Positions 1 to 12,000 of a DNA stretch of 64,000 bases are shown here, piece by piece. The notes beneath the pieces were generated by a model. It ran no database searches, had not been told where the DNA came from, and saw only the letters and a list, made by a program, of their open reading frames with translations. The DNA is from Nemertoderma westbladi (taxonomy: Eukaryota; Animalia; Xenacoelomorpha): positions 28,720 through 92,719 of the forward strand of contig JAUCBJ010008852.1 in NCBI GenBank assembly GCA_032718475.1. The letters run 5' to 3'. Made by a program: the position numbers and the translations under genes. Position 1 is the stretch's first letter. Each line of letters starts with the position of its first letter.

Positions 1-3000
1 TTGGTTCTTTGTTTTGTACAGAGGGTCCTGGGTCTTTGTTTTGTACAGAGGGTCCTTGGGTCTATGTTTTGTACAGAGGGTCCTTGGGTCTTTGTTTTGT
101 ACAGAGGGTCCTGGGTCTTTGTTTTGTACAGAGGGTCCTTGGGTCTTTGTTTTGTACTGAGGGTCCTTGGGTCTTTGTTTTGTACAGAGGGTCCTTGGGT
201 CTTTGTTTTGTACTGAGGGTCTTGGTTCTTTGTTTTGTACAGAGGGTCCTGGGTCTTTGTTTTGTACAGAGGGTCCTTGGGTCTTTGTTTTGTACAGAGG
301 GTCCTGGGTCTTTGTTTTGTACAGAGGGTCCTTGGGTCTTTGTTTTGTACTGAGGGTCTTGGTTCTTTGTTTTGTACATACTGTCTTGGGTCTTTGTTTT
401 GTACAGAGGGTCTTGGTTCTTTGTTTTGTACAGAGTGTCTTGGGTCTTTGTTTTGTACAGAGGGTCCTTGGGTCTTTGTTTTGAACATAGTGTCTTGGGT
501 CTTTGTTTTGTACAGAGGGTCCTGGGTCTTTGTTTTGTACAGAGGGTCCCTGGGTCTTTGTTTTGTACAGAGGGTCCTGGGTCTTTGTTTTGTACAGAGG
601 GTCCTTGGGTCTTTGTTTTGTACAGAGGGTCCTGGGTCTTTGTTTTGTACAGAGGGTCCTTGGGTCTTTGTTTTGTACAGAGGGTCCTTGGGTCTTTGTT
701 TTGAACATAGTGTCTTGGGTCTTTGTTTTGTACAGAGGGTCCCTGGGTCTTTGTTTTGTACAGAGGGTCTTGGGTCTTTGTTTTGTACAGAGGGTCCCTG
801 GGTCTTTGTTTTGTACAGAGGGTCTTGGGTCTTTGTTTTGTACAGAGGGTCCTTTGGTCTTTGTTTTGAACATAGTGTCTTGGGTCTTTGTTTTGTACAG
901 AGGGTCCTGGGTCTTTGTTTTGTACAGAGGGTCCTTGGGTCTATGTTTTGAACATAGTGTCTTGGGTCTTTGTTTTGTACAGAGGGTCCTTGGGTCTATG
1001 TTTTGTACAGAGGGTCCTTGGGTCTATGTTTTGTACAGAGGGTCCTTTGGTCTTTGTTTTGAACATAGTGTCTTGGGTCTTTGTTTTGTACAGAGGGTCC
1101 TTGGGTCTATGTTTTGTACAGAGGGTCCTTGGGTCTATGTTTTGTACAGAGGGTCCTTGGGTCTATGTTTTGAACATAGTGTCTTGGGTCTTTGTTTTGT
1201 ACAGAGGGTCCTTGGGTCTATGTTTTGTACAGAGGGTCCTTGGGTCTATGTTTTGTACAGAGGGTCCTTGGGTCTTTGTTTTGTACAGAGGGTCCCTGGG
1301 TCTTTGTTTTGTACAGAGGGTCTTGGGTCTTTGTTTTGTACAGAGGGTCCTTTGGTCTTTGTTTTGAACATAGTGTCTTGGGTCTTTGTTTTGTACAGAG
1401 GGTCCTGGGTCTTTGTTTTGTACAGAGGGTCCCTGGGTCTTTGTTTTGTACAGAGGGTCCTGGGTCTTTGTTTTGTACAGAGGGTCTTGGTTCTTTGTTT
1501 TGTACAGAGGGTCTTGGGTCTTTGTTTTGTACAGAGGGTATTGGGTCTTTGTTTTGTACAGAGGGTCTTGGGTCTTTGTTTTGTACAGAGGGTCTTGGGT
1601 CTTTGTTTTGTACAGAGGGTCCTGGGTCTTTGTTTTGAACATAGTGTCTTGGGTCTTTGTTTTGTACAGAGGGTCCTTGGGTCTTTGTTTTGTACAGAGG
1701 GTCCTTTGGTCTTTGTTTTGAACATAGTGTCTTGGGTCTTTGTTTTGTACAGAGGGTCCTTGGGTCTATGTTTTGTACAGAGGGTCCTTGGGTCTATGTT
1801 TTGTACAGAGGGTCCTTGGGTCTTTGTTTTGTACAGAGGGTCCCTGGGTCTTTGTTTTGTACAGAGGGTCTTGGGTCTTTGTTTTGTACAGAGGGTCCTT
1901 TGGTCTTTGTTTTGAACATAGTGTCTTGGGTCTTTGTTTTGTACAGAGGGTATTGGGTCTATGTTTTGTACAGAGGGTCCTTGGGTCTATGTTTTGTACA
2001 GAGGGTCCTTGGGTCTTTGTTTTGTACAGAGGGTCCCTGGGTCTTTGTTTTGTACAGAGGGTCCTTGGGTCTATGTTTTGTACAGAGGGTCCCTGGGTCT
2101 TTGTTTTGTACAGAGGGTCCCTGGGTCTTTGTTTTGTACAGAGGGTCCTTGGGTCTTTGTTTTGTACAGAGGGTCCTTGGGTCTATGTTTTGTACAGAGG
2201 GTCCTGGGTCTTTGTTTTGTACAGAGGGTCCCTGGGTCTTTGTTTTGTACAGAGGGTCCTGGGTCTTTGTTTTGTACAGAGGGTCCCTGGGTCTTTGTTT
2301 TGTACAGAGGGTCCTGGGTCTTTGTTTTGTACAGAGGGTCCCTGGGTCTTTGTTTTGTACAGAGGGTCCTTGGGTCTTTGTTTTGTACAGAGGGTCCTTG
2401 GGTCTTTGTTTTGTACAGAGGGTCCTTGGGTCTTTGTTTTGTACAGAGGGTCCTGGGTCTTTGTTTTGTACAGAGGGTCCCTGGGTCTTTGTTTTGTACA
2501 GAGGGTCCTGGGTCTTTGTTTTGTACAGAGGGTCCTGGGTCTTTGTTTTGTACAGAGGGTCCTGGGTCTTTGTTTTGTACAGAGGGTCCTGGGTCTTTGT
2601 TTTGTACAGAGGGTCCTGGGTCTTTGTTTTGTACAGAGGGTCCTTGGGTCTTTGTTTTGTACAGAGGGTCCTTGGGTCTTTGTTTTGAACATAGTGTCTT
2701 GGGTCTTTGTTTTGTACAGAGGGTCCTTGGGTCTTTGTTTTGTACAGAGGGTCCTTGGGTCTTTGTTTTGTACAGAGGGTCCTTGGGTCTTTGTTTTGTA
2801 CAGAGGGTCCTTGGGTCTTTGTTTTGTACAGAGGGTCCTGGGTCTTTGTTTTGTACAGAGGGTCCTTGGGTCTTTGTTTTGTACAGAGGGTCCTGGGTCT
2901 TTGTTTTGTACATAGGGTCTTGGGTCTTTGTTTTGTACAGAGGGTCCTTGGGTCTTTGTTTTGTACAGAGGGTCCTTGGGTCTTTGTTTTGTACAGAGGG

Positions 3001-6000
3001 TCCTTGGGTCTTTGTTTTGAACATAGTGTCTTGGGTCTTTGTTTTGTACAGAGGGTCCTGGGTCTTTGTTTTGTACAGAGGGTCCTTGGGTCTTTGTTTT
3101 GTACAGAGGGTCCTGGGTCTTTGTTTTGTACAGAGGGTCCTGGGTCTTTGTTTTGTACAGAGGGTCCTGGGTCTTTGTTTTGTACAGAGGGTCCTGGGTC
3201 TTTGTTTTGTACAGAGGGTCCCTGGGTCTTTGTTTTGTACAGAGGGTCCTGGGTCTTTGTTTTGTACAGAGGGTCCTGGGTCTTTGTTTTGTACAGAGGG
3301 TCCTGGGTCTTTGTTTTGTACAGAGGGTCCTTGGGTCTTTGTTTTGTACAGAGGGTCCTTGGGTCTTTGTTTTGTACAGAGGGTCTTGGGTCTTTGTTTT
3401 GTACAGAGGGTCCTGGGTCTTTGTTTTGTACAGAGGGTCCTTGGGTCTTTGTTTTGTACAGAGGGTATTGGGTCTTATGTTTTGTACAGAGGGTCCTTGG
3501 GTTTTTGTTTGGTACAAAGGGTCCCTGGGTCTTTGTTTTGTACAGAGGGTCCTTGGGTCTTTGTTTTGTACAGAGGGTCTTGGTTCTTTGTTTTGTACAG
3601 AGGGTCCTGGGTCTTTGTTTTGTACAGAGGGTCCTTGGGTCTTTGTTTTGTACAGAGGGTCCTTGGGTCTTTGTTTTGTACAGAGGGTCCTGGGTCTTTG
3701 TTTTGTACAGAGGGTCCTTGGGTCTTTGTTTTGTACAGAGGGTCCTTGGGTCTTTGTTTTGTACAGAGGGTCCTTGGGTCTTTGTTTTGTACAGAGGGTC
3801 TTGGGTCTTTGTTTTGTACAGAGGGTCCTGGGTCTTTGTTTTGTACAGAGGGTCCTTGGGTCTTTGTTTTGTACAGAGGGTCCTGGGTCTTTGTTTTGTA
3901 CAGAGGGTCCTTGGGTCTTTGTTTTGTACAGAGGGTCTTGGGTCTTTGTTTTGTACATAGTGTCTTGGGTCTTTGTTTTGTACAGAGGGTCCTTGGGTCT
4001 TTGTTTTGTACAGAGTGTCTTGGGTCTTTGTTTTGTACAGAGGGTCCTGGGTCTTTGTTTTGTACAGAGGGTCCTGGGTCTTTGTTTTGTACAGAGGGTC
4101 CTTGGGTCTTTGTTTTGTACAGAGGGTCCTGGGTCTTTGTTTTGTACAGAGGGTCCTTGGGTCTTTGTTTTGTACAGAGGGTCCTTGGGTCTTTGTTTTG
4201 AACATAGTGTCTTGGGTCTTTGTTTTGTACAGAGGGTCCTTGGGTCTTTGTTTTGTACAGAGGGTCCTGGGTCTTTGTTTTGTACAGAGGGTCCTTGGGT
4301 CTTTGTTTTGTACAGAGGGTCCTGGGTCTTTGTTTTGTACAGAGGGTCTTGGGTCTTTGTTTTGTACAGAGGGTCCTTGGGTCTTTGTTTTGAACATAGT
4401 GTCTTGGGTCTTTGTTTTGTACAGAGGGTCCTGGGTCTTTGTTTTGTACAGAGGGTCCTGGGTCTTTGTTTTGTACAGAGGGTCCTTGGGTCTTTGTTTT
4501 GTACAGAGGGTCCTGGGTCTTTGTTTTGTACAGAGGGTCCTTGGGTCTTTGTTTTGTACAGAGGGTCCTTGGGTCTTTGTTTTGTACAGAGGGTCTTGGG
4601 TCTTTGTTTTGTACAGAGGGTCCTTGGGTCTTTGTTTTGTACAGAGGGTCCTGGGTCTTTGTTTTGTACAGAGGGTCCTTGGGTCTTTGTTTTGTACAGA
4701 GGGTCCTTGGGTCTTTGTTTTGTACAGAGGGTCTTGGGTCTTTGTTTTGTACAGAGGGTCCTTGGGTCTTTGTTTTGTACAGAGGGTCCTGGGTCTTTGT
4801 TTTGTACAGAGGGTCCTTGGGTCTTTGTTTTGTACAGAGGGTCCTTGGGTCTTTGTTTTGTACAGAGTGTCTTGGGTCTTTGTTTTGTACAGAGGGTCCT
4901 TGGGTCTTTGTTTTGTACAGAGGGTCTTGGGTCTTTGTTTTGTACAGAGGGTCCTTGGGTCTTTGTTTTGTACAGAGGGTCCTTGGGTCTTTGTTTTGTA
5001 CAGAGGGTCCTGGGTCTTTGTTTTGTACAGAGGGTCTTGGGTCTTTGTTTTGTACAGAGGGTCTTGGGTCTTTGTTTTGTACAGAGGGTCTTGGGTCTTT
5101 GTTTTGTACAGAGGGTCCTGGGTCTTTGTTTTGTACAGAGGGTCTTGGGTCTTTGTTTTGTACAGAGGGTCTTGGGTCTTTGTTTTGTACAGAGGGTCTT
5201 GGGTCTTTGTTTTGTACAGAGGGTCCTTGGGTCTTTGTTTTGTACAGAGGGTCCTTGGGTCTTTGTTTTGTACAGAGGGTCTTGGGTCTTTGTTTTGTAC
5301 AGAGGGTCTTGGGTCTTTGTTTTGTACAGAGGGTCCTTGGGTCTTTGTTTTGTACAGAGGGTCCTGGGTCTTTGTTTTGTACAGAGGGTATTGGGTCTTT
5401 GTTTTGTACAGAGGGTCTTGGTTCTTTGTTTTGTACAGAGGGTCTTGGGTCTTTGTTTTGTACAGAGGGTCCTTGGGTCTTTGTTTTGTACAGAGGGTCT
5501 TGGGTCTTTGTTTTGTACAGAGGGTCTTGGGTCTTTGTTTTGTACAGAGGGTCTTGGGTCTTTGTTTTGTACAGAGGGTCTTGGGTCTTTGTTTTGTACA
5601 GAGGGTCCTTGGGTCTTTGTTTTGTACAGAGGGTCTTGGGTCTTTGTTTTGTACAGAGGGTCCTTGGGTCTTTGTTTTGTACAGAGGGTCCTGGGTCTTT
5701 GTTTTGTACAGAGGGTCTTGGGTCTTTGTTTTGTACAGAGGGTCTTGGGTCTTTGTTTTGTACAGAGGGTCTTGGGTCTTTGTTTTGTACAGAGGGTCCT
5801 TGGGTCTTTGTTTTGTACAGAGGGTCTTGGGTCTTTGTTTTGTACAGAGGGTCTTGGGTCTTTGTTTTGTACAGAGGGTCTTGGGTCTTTGTTTTGTACA
5901 GAGGGTCTTGGGTCTTTGTTTTGTACAGAGGGTCCTTGGGTCTTTGTTTTGTACAGAGGGTCTTGGGTCTTTGTTTTGTACAGAGGGTCCTTGGGTCTTT

Positions 6001-9000
6001 GTTTTGTACAGAGGGTCCTTGGGTCTTTGTTTTGTACAGAGGGTCCTTGGGTCTTTGTTTTGTACAGAGGGTCCTTGGGTCTTTGTTTTGTACAGAGGGT
6101 CTTGGGTCTTTGTTTTGTACAGAGGGTCTTGGGTCTTTGTTTTGTACAGAGGGTCTTGGGTCTTTGTTTTGTACAGAGGGTCTTGGGTCTTTGTTTTGTA
6201 CAGAGGGTCCTTGGGTCTTTGTTTTGTACAGAGGGTCCTGGGTCTTTGTTTTGTACAGAGGGTCTTGGGTCTTTGTTTTGTACAGAGGGTCCTTGGGTCT
6301 TTGTTTTGTACAGAGGGTCTTGGGTCTTTGTTTTGTACAGAGGGTCCTTGGGTCTTTGTTTTGTACAGAGGGTCCTGGGTCTTTGTTTTGTACAGAGGGT
6401 CCTTGGGTCTTTGTTTTGTACAGAGGGTCCTTGGGTCTTTGTTTTGTACAGAGGGTCTTGGGTCTTTGTTTTGTACAGAGGGTCCTTGGGTCTTTGTTTT
6501 GTACAGAGGGTCCTTGGGTCTTTGTTTTGTACAGAGGGTCTTGGGTCTTTGTTTTGTACAGAGGGTCCTTGGGTCTTTGTTTTGTACAGAGGGTCTTGGG
6601 TCTTTGTTTTGTACAGAGGGTCTTGGGTCTTTGTTTTGTACAGAGGGTCCTTGGGTCTTTGTTTTGTACAGAGGGTCTTGGGTCTTTGTTTTGTACAGAG
6701 GGTCCTTGGGTCTTTGTTTTGTACAGAGGGTCCTTGGGTCTTTGTTTTGTACAGAGGGTCTTGGGTCTTTGTTTTGTACAGAGGGTCCTTGGGTCTTTGT
6801 TTTGTACAGAGGGTCTTGGGTCTTTGTTTTGTACAGAGGGTCTTGGGTCTTTGTTTTGTACAGAGGGTCTTGGGTCTTTGTTTTGTACAGAGGGTCTTGG
6901 GTCTTTGTTTTGTACAGAGGGTCCTTGGGTCTTTGTTTTGTACAGAGGGTCTTGGGTCTTTGTTTTGTACAGAGGGTCCTTGGGTCTTTGTTTTGTACAG
7001 AGGGTCCTTGGGTCTTTGTTTTGTACAGAGGGTCCTTGGGTCTTTGTTTTGTACAGAGGGTCCTTGGGTCTTTGTTTTGTACAGAGGGTCTTGGGTCTTT
7101 GTTTTGTACAGAGGGTCCTTGGGTCTTTGTTTTGTACAGAGGGTCTTGGGTCTTTGTTTTGTACAGAGGGTCTTGGGTCTTTGTTTTGTACAGAGGGTCC
7201 TTGGGTCTTTGTTTTGTACAGAGGGTCCTTGGGTCTTTGTTTTGTACAGAGGGTCTTGGGTCTTTGTTTTGTACAGAGGGTCTTGGGTCTTTGTTTTGTA
7301 CAGAGGGTCTTGGGTCTTTGTTTTGTACAGAGGGTCCTTGGGTCTTTGTTTTGTACAGAGGGTCTTGGGTCTTTGTTTTGTACAGAGGGTCCTTGGGTCT
7401 TTGTTTTGTACAGAGGGTCCTGGGTCTTTGTTTTGTACAGAGGGTCCTTGGGTCTTTGTTTTGTACAGAGGGTCTTGGGTCTTTGTTTTGTACAGAGGGT
7501 CTTGGGTCTTTGTTTTGTACAGAGGGTCTTGGGTCTTTGTTTTGTACAGAGGGTCCTTGGGTCTTTGTTTTGTACAGAGGGTCCTTGGGTCTTTGTTTTG
7601 TACAGAGGGTCTTGGGTCTTTGTTTTGTACAGAGGGTCCTTGGGTCTTTGTTTTGTACAGAGGGTCCTGGGTCTTTGTTTTGTACAGAGGGTCCTTGGGT
7701 CTTTGTTTTGTACAGAGGGTCTTGGGTCTTTGTTTTGTACAGAGGGTCTTGGGTCTTTGTTTTGTACAGAGGGTCCTTGGGTCTTTGTTTTGTACAGAGG
7801 GTCCTTGGGTCTTTGTTTTGTACAGAGGGTCCTTGGGTCTTTGTTTTGTACAGAGGGTCTTGGGTCTTTGTTTTGTACAGAGGGTCCTTGGGTCTTTGTT
7901 TTGTACAGAGGGTCCTGGGTCTTTGTTTTGTACAGAGGGTCTTGGGTCTTTGTTTTGTACAGAGGGTCCTTGGGTCTTTGTTTTGTACAGAGGGTCCTTG
8001 GGTCTTTGTTTTGTACAGAGGGTCCTGGGTCTTTGTTTTGTACAGAGGGTCCTTGGGTCTTTGTTTTGTACAGAGGGTCCTTGGGTCTTTGTTTTGTACA
8101 GAGGGTCCTTGGGTCTTTGTTTTGTACAGAGGGTCCTTGGGTCTTTGTTTTGTACAGAGGGTCTTGGGTCTTTGTTTTGTACAGAGGGTCCTTGGGTCTT
8201 TGTTTTGTACAGAGGGTCTTGGGTCTTTGTTTTGTACAGAGGGTCCTTGGGTCTTTGTTTTGTACAGAGGGTCCTTGGGTCTTTGTTTTGTACAGAGGGT
8301 CCTTGGGTCTTTGTTTTGTACAGAGGGTCCTTGGGTCTTTGTTTTGTACAGAGGGTCCTTGGGTCTTTGTTTTGTACAGAGGGTCCTTGGGTCTTTGTTT
8401 TGTACAGAGGGTCCTTGGGTCTTTGTTTTGTACAGAGGGTCTTGGGTCTTTGTTTTGTACAGAGGGTCCTTGGGTCTTTGTTTTGTACAGAGGGTCCTGG
8501 GTCTTTGTTTTGTACAGAGGGTCCTTGGGTCTTTGTTTTGTACAGAGGGTCCTTGGGTCTTTGTTTTGTACAGAGGGTCCTTGGGTCTTTGTTTTGTACA
8601 GAGGGTCCTTGGGTCTTTGTTTTGTACAGAGGGTCCTTGGGTCTTTGTTTTGTACAGAGGGTCCTTGGGTCTTTGTTTTGTACAGAGGGTCCTTGGGTCT
8701 TTGTTTTGTACAGAGGGTCCTTGGGTCTTTGTTTTGTACAGAGGGTCCTTGGGTCTTTGTTTTGTACAGAGGGTCCTTGGGTCTTTGTTTTGTACAGAGG
8801 GTCCTTGGGTCTTTGTTTTGTACAGAGGGTCTTGGGTCTTTGTTTTGTACAGAGGGTCCTTGGGTCTTTGTTTTGTACAGAGGGTCCTTGGGTCTTTGTT
8901 TTGTACAGAGGGTCCTGGGTCTTTGTTTTGTACAGAGGGTCTTGGGTCTTTGTTTTGTACAGAGGGTCCTTGGGTCTTTGTTTTGTACAGAGGGTCCTTG

Positions 9001-12000
9001 GGTCTTTGTTTTGTACAGAGGGTCCTGGGTCTTTGTTTTGTACAGAGGGTCCTTGGGTCTTTGTTTTGTACAGAGGGTCCTTGGGTCTTTGTTTTGTACA
9101 GAGGGTCCTTGGGTCTTTGTTTTGTACAGAGGGTCCTTGGGTCTTTGTTTTGTACAGAGGGTCTTGGGTCTTTGTTTTGTACAGAGGGTCCTTGGGTCTT
9201 TGTTTTGTACAGAGGGTCCTGGGTCTTTGTTTTGTACAGAGGGTCCTTGGGTCTTTGTTTTGTACAGAGGGTCTTGGGTCTTTGTTTTGTACAGAGGGTC
9301 TTGGGTCTTTGTTTTGTACAGAGGGTCCTTGGGTCTTTGTTTTGTACAGAGGGTCCTTGGGTCTTTGTTTTGTACAGAGGGTCCTTGGGTCTTTGTTTTG
9401 TACAGAGGGTCCTTGGGTCTTTGTTTTGTACAGAGGGTCCTTGGGTCTTTGTTTTGTACAGAGGGTCCTTGGGTCTTTGTTTTGTACAGAGGGTCCTTGG
9501 GTCTTTGTTTTGTACAGAGGGTCCTTGGGTCTTTGTTTTGTACAGAGGGTCCTTGGGTCTTTGTTTTGTACAGAGGGTCCTTGGGTCTTTGTTTTGTACA
9601 GAGGGTCTTGGGTCTTTGTTTTGTACAGAGGGTCCTTGGGTCTTTGTTTTGTACAGAGGGTCCTTGGGTCTTTGTTTTGTACAGAGGGTCCTTGGGTCTT
9701 TGTTTTGTACAGAGGGTCCTTGGGTCTTTGTTTTGTACAGAGGGTCTTGGGTCTTTGTTTTGTACAGAGGGTCCTTGGGTCTTTGTTTTGTACAGAGGGT
9801 CTTGGGTCTTTGTTTTGTACAGAGGGTCCTTGGGTCTTTGTTTTGTACAGAGGGTCTTGGGTCTTTGTTTTGTACAGAGGGTCCTTGGGTCTTTGTTTTG
9901 TACAGAGGGTCCTTGGGTCTTTGTTTTGTACAGAGGGTCCTTGGGTCTTTGTTTTGTACAGAGGGTCCTTGGGTCTTTGTTTTGTACAGAGGGTCCTTGG
10001 GTCTTTGTTTTGTACAGAGGGTCTTGGGTCTTTGTTTTGTACAGAGGGTCCTTGGGTCTTTGTTTTGTACAGAGGGTCCTTGGGTCTTTGTTTTGTACAG
10101 AGGGTCCTTGGGTCTTTGTTTTGTACAGAGGGTCCTTGGGTCTTTGTTTTGTACAGAGGGTCCTTGGGTCTTTGTTTTGTACAGAGGGTCCTTGGGTCTT
10201 TGTTTTGTACAGAGGGTCCTTGGGTCTTTGTTTTGTACAGAGGGTCTTGGGTCTTTGTTTTGTACAGAGGGTCCTGGGTCTTTGTTTTGTACAGAGGGTC
10301 CTTGGGTCTTTGTTTTGTACAGAGGGTCCTTGGGTCTTTGTTTTGTACAGAGGGTCCTTGGGTCTTTGTTTTGTACAGAGGGTCCTGGGTCTTTGTTTTG
10401 TACAGAGGGTCCTTGGGTCTTTGTTTTGTACAGAGGGTCCTTGGGTCTTTGTTTTGTACAGAGGGTCCTGGGTCTTTGTTTTGTACAGAGGGTCCTGGGT
10501 CTTTGTTTTGTACAGAGGGTCCTTGGGTCTTTGTTTTGTACAGAGGGTCCTTGGGTCTTTGTTTTGTACAGAGGGTCCTTGGGTCTTTGTTTTGTACAGA
10601 GGGTCCTTGGGTCTTTGTTTTGTACAGAGGGTCTTGGGTCTTTGTTTTGTACAGAGGGTCCTTGGGTCTTTGTTTTGTACAGAGGGTCCTGGGTCTTTGT
10701 TTTGTACAGAGGGTCCTTGGGTCTTTGTTTTGTACAGAGGGTCCTTGGGTCTTTGTTTTGTACAGAGGGTCTTGGGTCTTTGTTTTGTACAGAGGGTCCT
10801 TGGGTCTTTGTTTTGTACAGAGGGTCCTGGGTCTTTGTTTTGTACAGAGGGTCCTGGGTCTTTGTTTTGTACAGAGGGTCCTTGGGTCTTTGTTTTGTAC
10901 AGAGGGTCTTGGGTCTTTGTTTTGTACAGAGGGTCCTTGGGTCTTTGTTTTGTACAGAGGGTCCTTGGGTCTTTGTTTTGTACAGAGGGTCCTTGGGTCT
11001 TTGTTTTGTACAGAGGGTCCTGGGTCTTTGTTTTGTACAGAGGGTCCTGGGTCTTTGTTTTGTACAGAGGGTCCTTGGGTCTTTGTTTTGTACAGAGGGT
11101 CTTGGGTCTTTGTTTTGTACAGAGGGTCTTGGGTCTTTGTTTTGTACAGAGGGTCCTGGGTCTTTGTTTTGTACAGAGGGTCCTGGGTCTTTGTTTTGTA
11201 CAGAGGGTCCTTGGGTCTTTGTTTTGTACAGAGGGTCCTGGGTCTTTGTTTTGTACAGAGGGTCCTGGGTCTTTGTTTTGTACAGAGGGTCCTTGGGTCT
11301 TTGTTTTGTACAGAGGGTCCTGGGTCTTTGTTTTGTACAGAGGGTCCTGGGTCTTTGTTTTGTACAGAGGGTCCTGGGTCTTTGTTTTGTACAGAGGGTC
11401 CTGGGTCTTTGTTTTGTACAGAGGGTCTTGGGTCTTTGTTTTGTACAGAGGGTCTTGGGTCTTTGTTTTGTACAGAGGGTCCTTGGGTCTTTGTTTTGTA
11501 CAGAGGGTCCTGGGTCTTTGTTTTGTACAGAGGGTCTTGGGTCTTTGTTTTGTACAGAGGGTCCTTGGGTCTTTGTTTTGTACAGAGGGTCCTGGGTCTT
11601 TGTTTTGTACAGAGGGTCCTGGGTCTTTGTTTTGTACAGAGGGTCCTGGGTCTTTGTTTTGTACAGAGGGTCCTTGGGTCTTTGTTTTGTACAGAGGGTC
11701 CTTGGGTCTTTGTTTTGTACAGAGGGTCCTGGGTCTTTGTTTTGTACAGAGGGTCCTTGGGTCTTTGTTTTGTACAGAGGGTCCTTGGGTCTTTGTTTTG
11801 TACAGAGGGTCCTGGGTCTTTGTTTTGTACAGAGGGTCCCTGGGTCTTTGTTTTGTACAGAGGGTCCTGGGTCTTTGTTTTGTACAGAGGGTCTTGGGTC
11901 TTTGTTTTGTACAGAGGGTCCTTGGGTCTTTGTTTTGAACATAGTGTCTTGGGTCTTTGTTTTGTACAGAGGGTCCTGGGTCTTTGTTTTGTACAGAGGG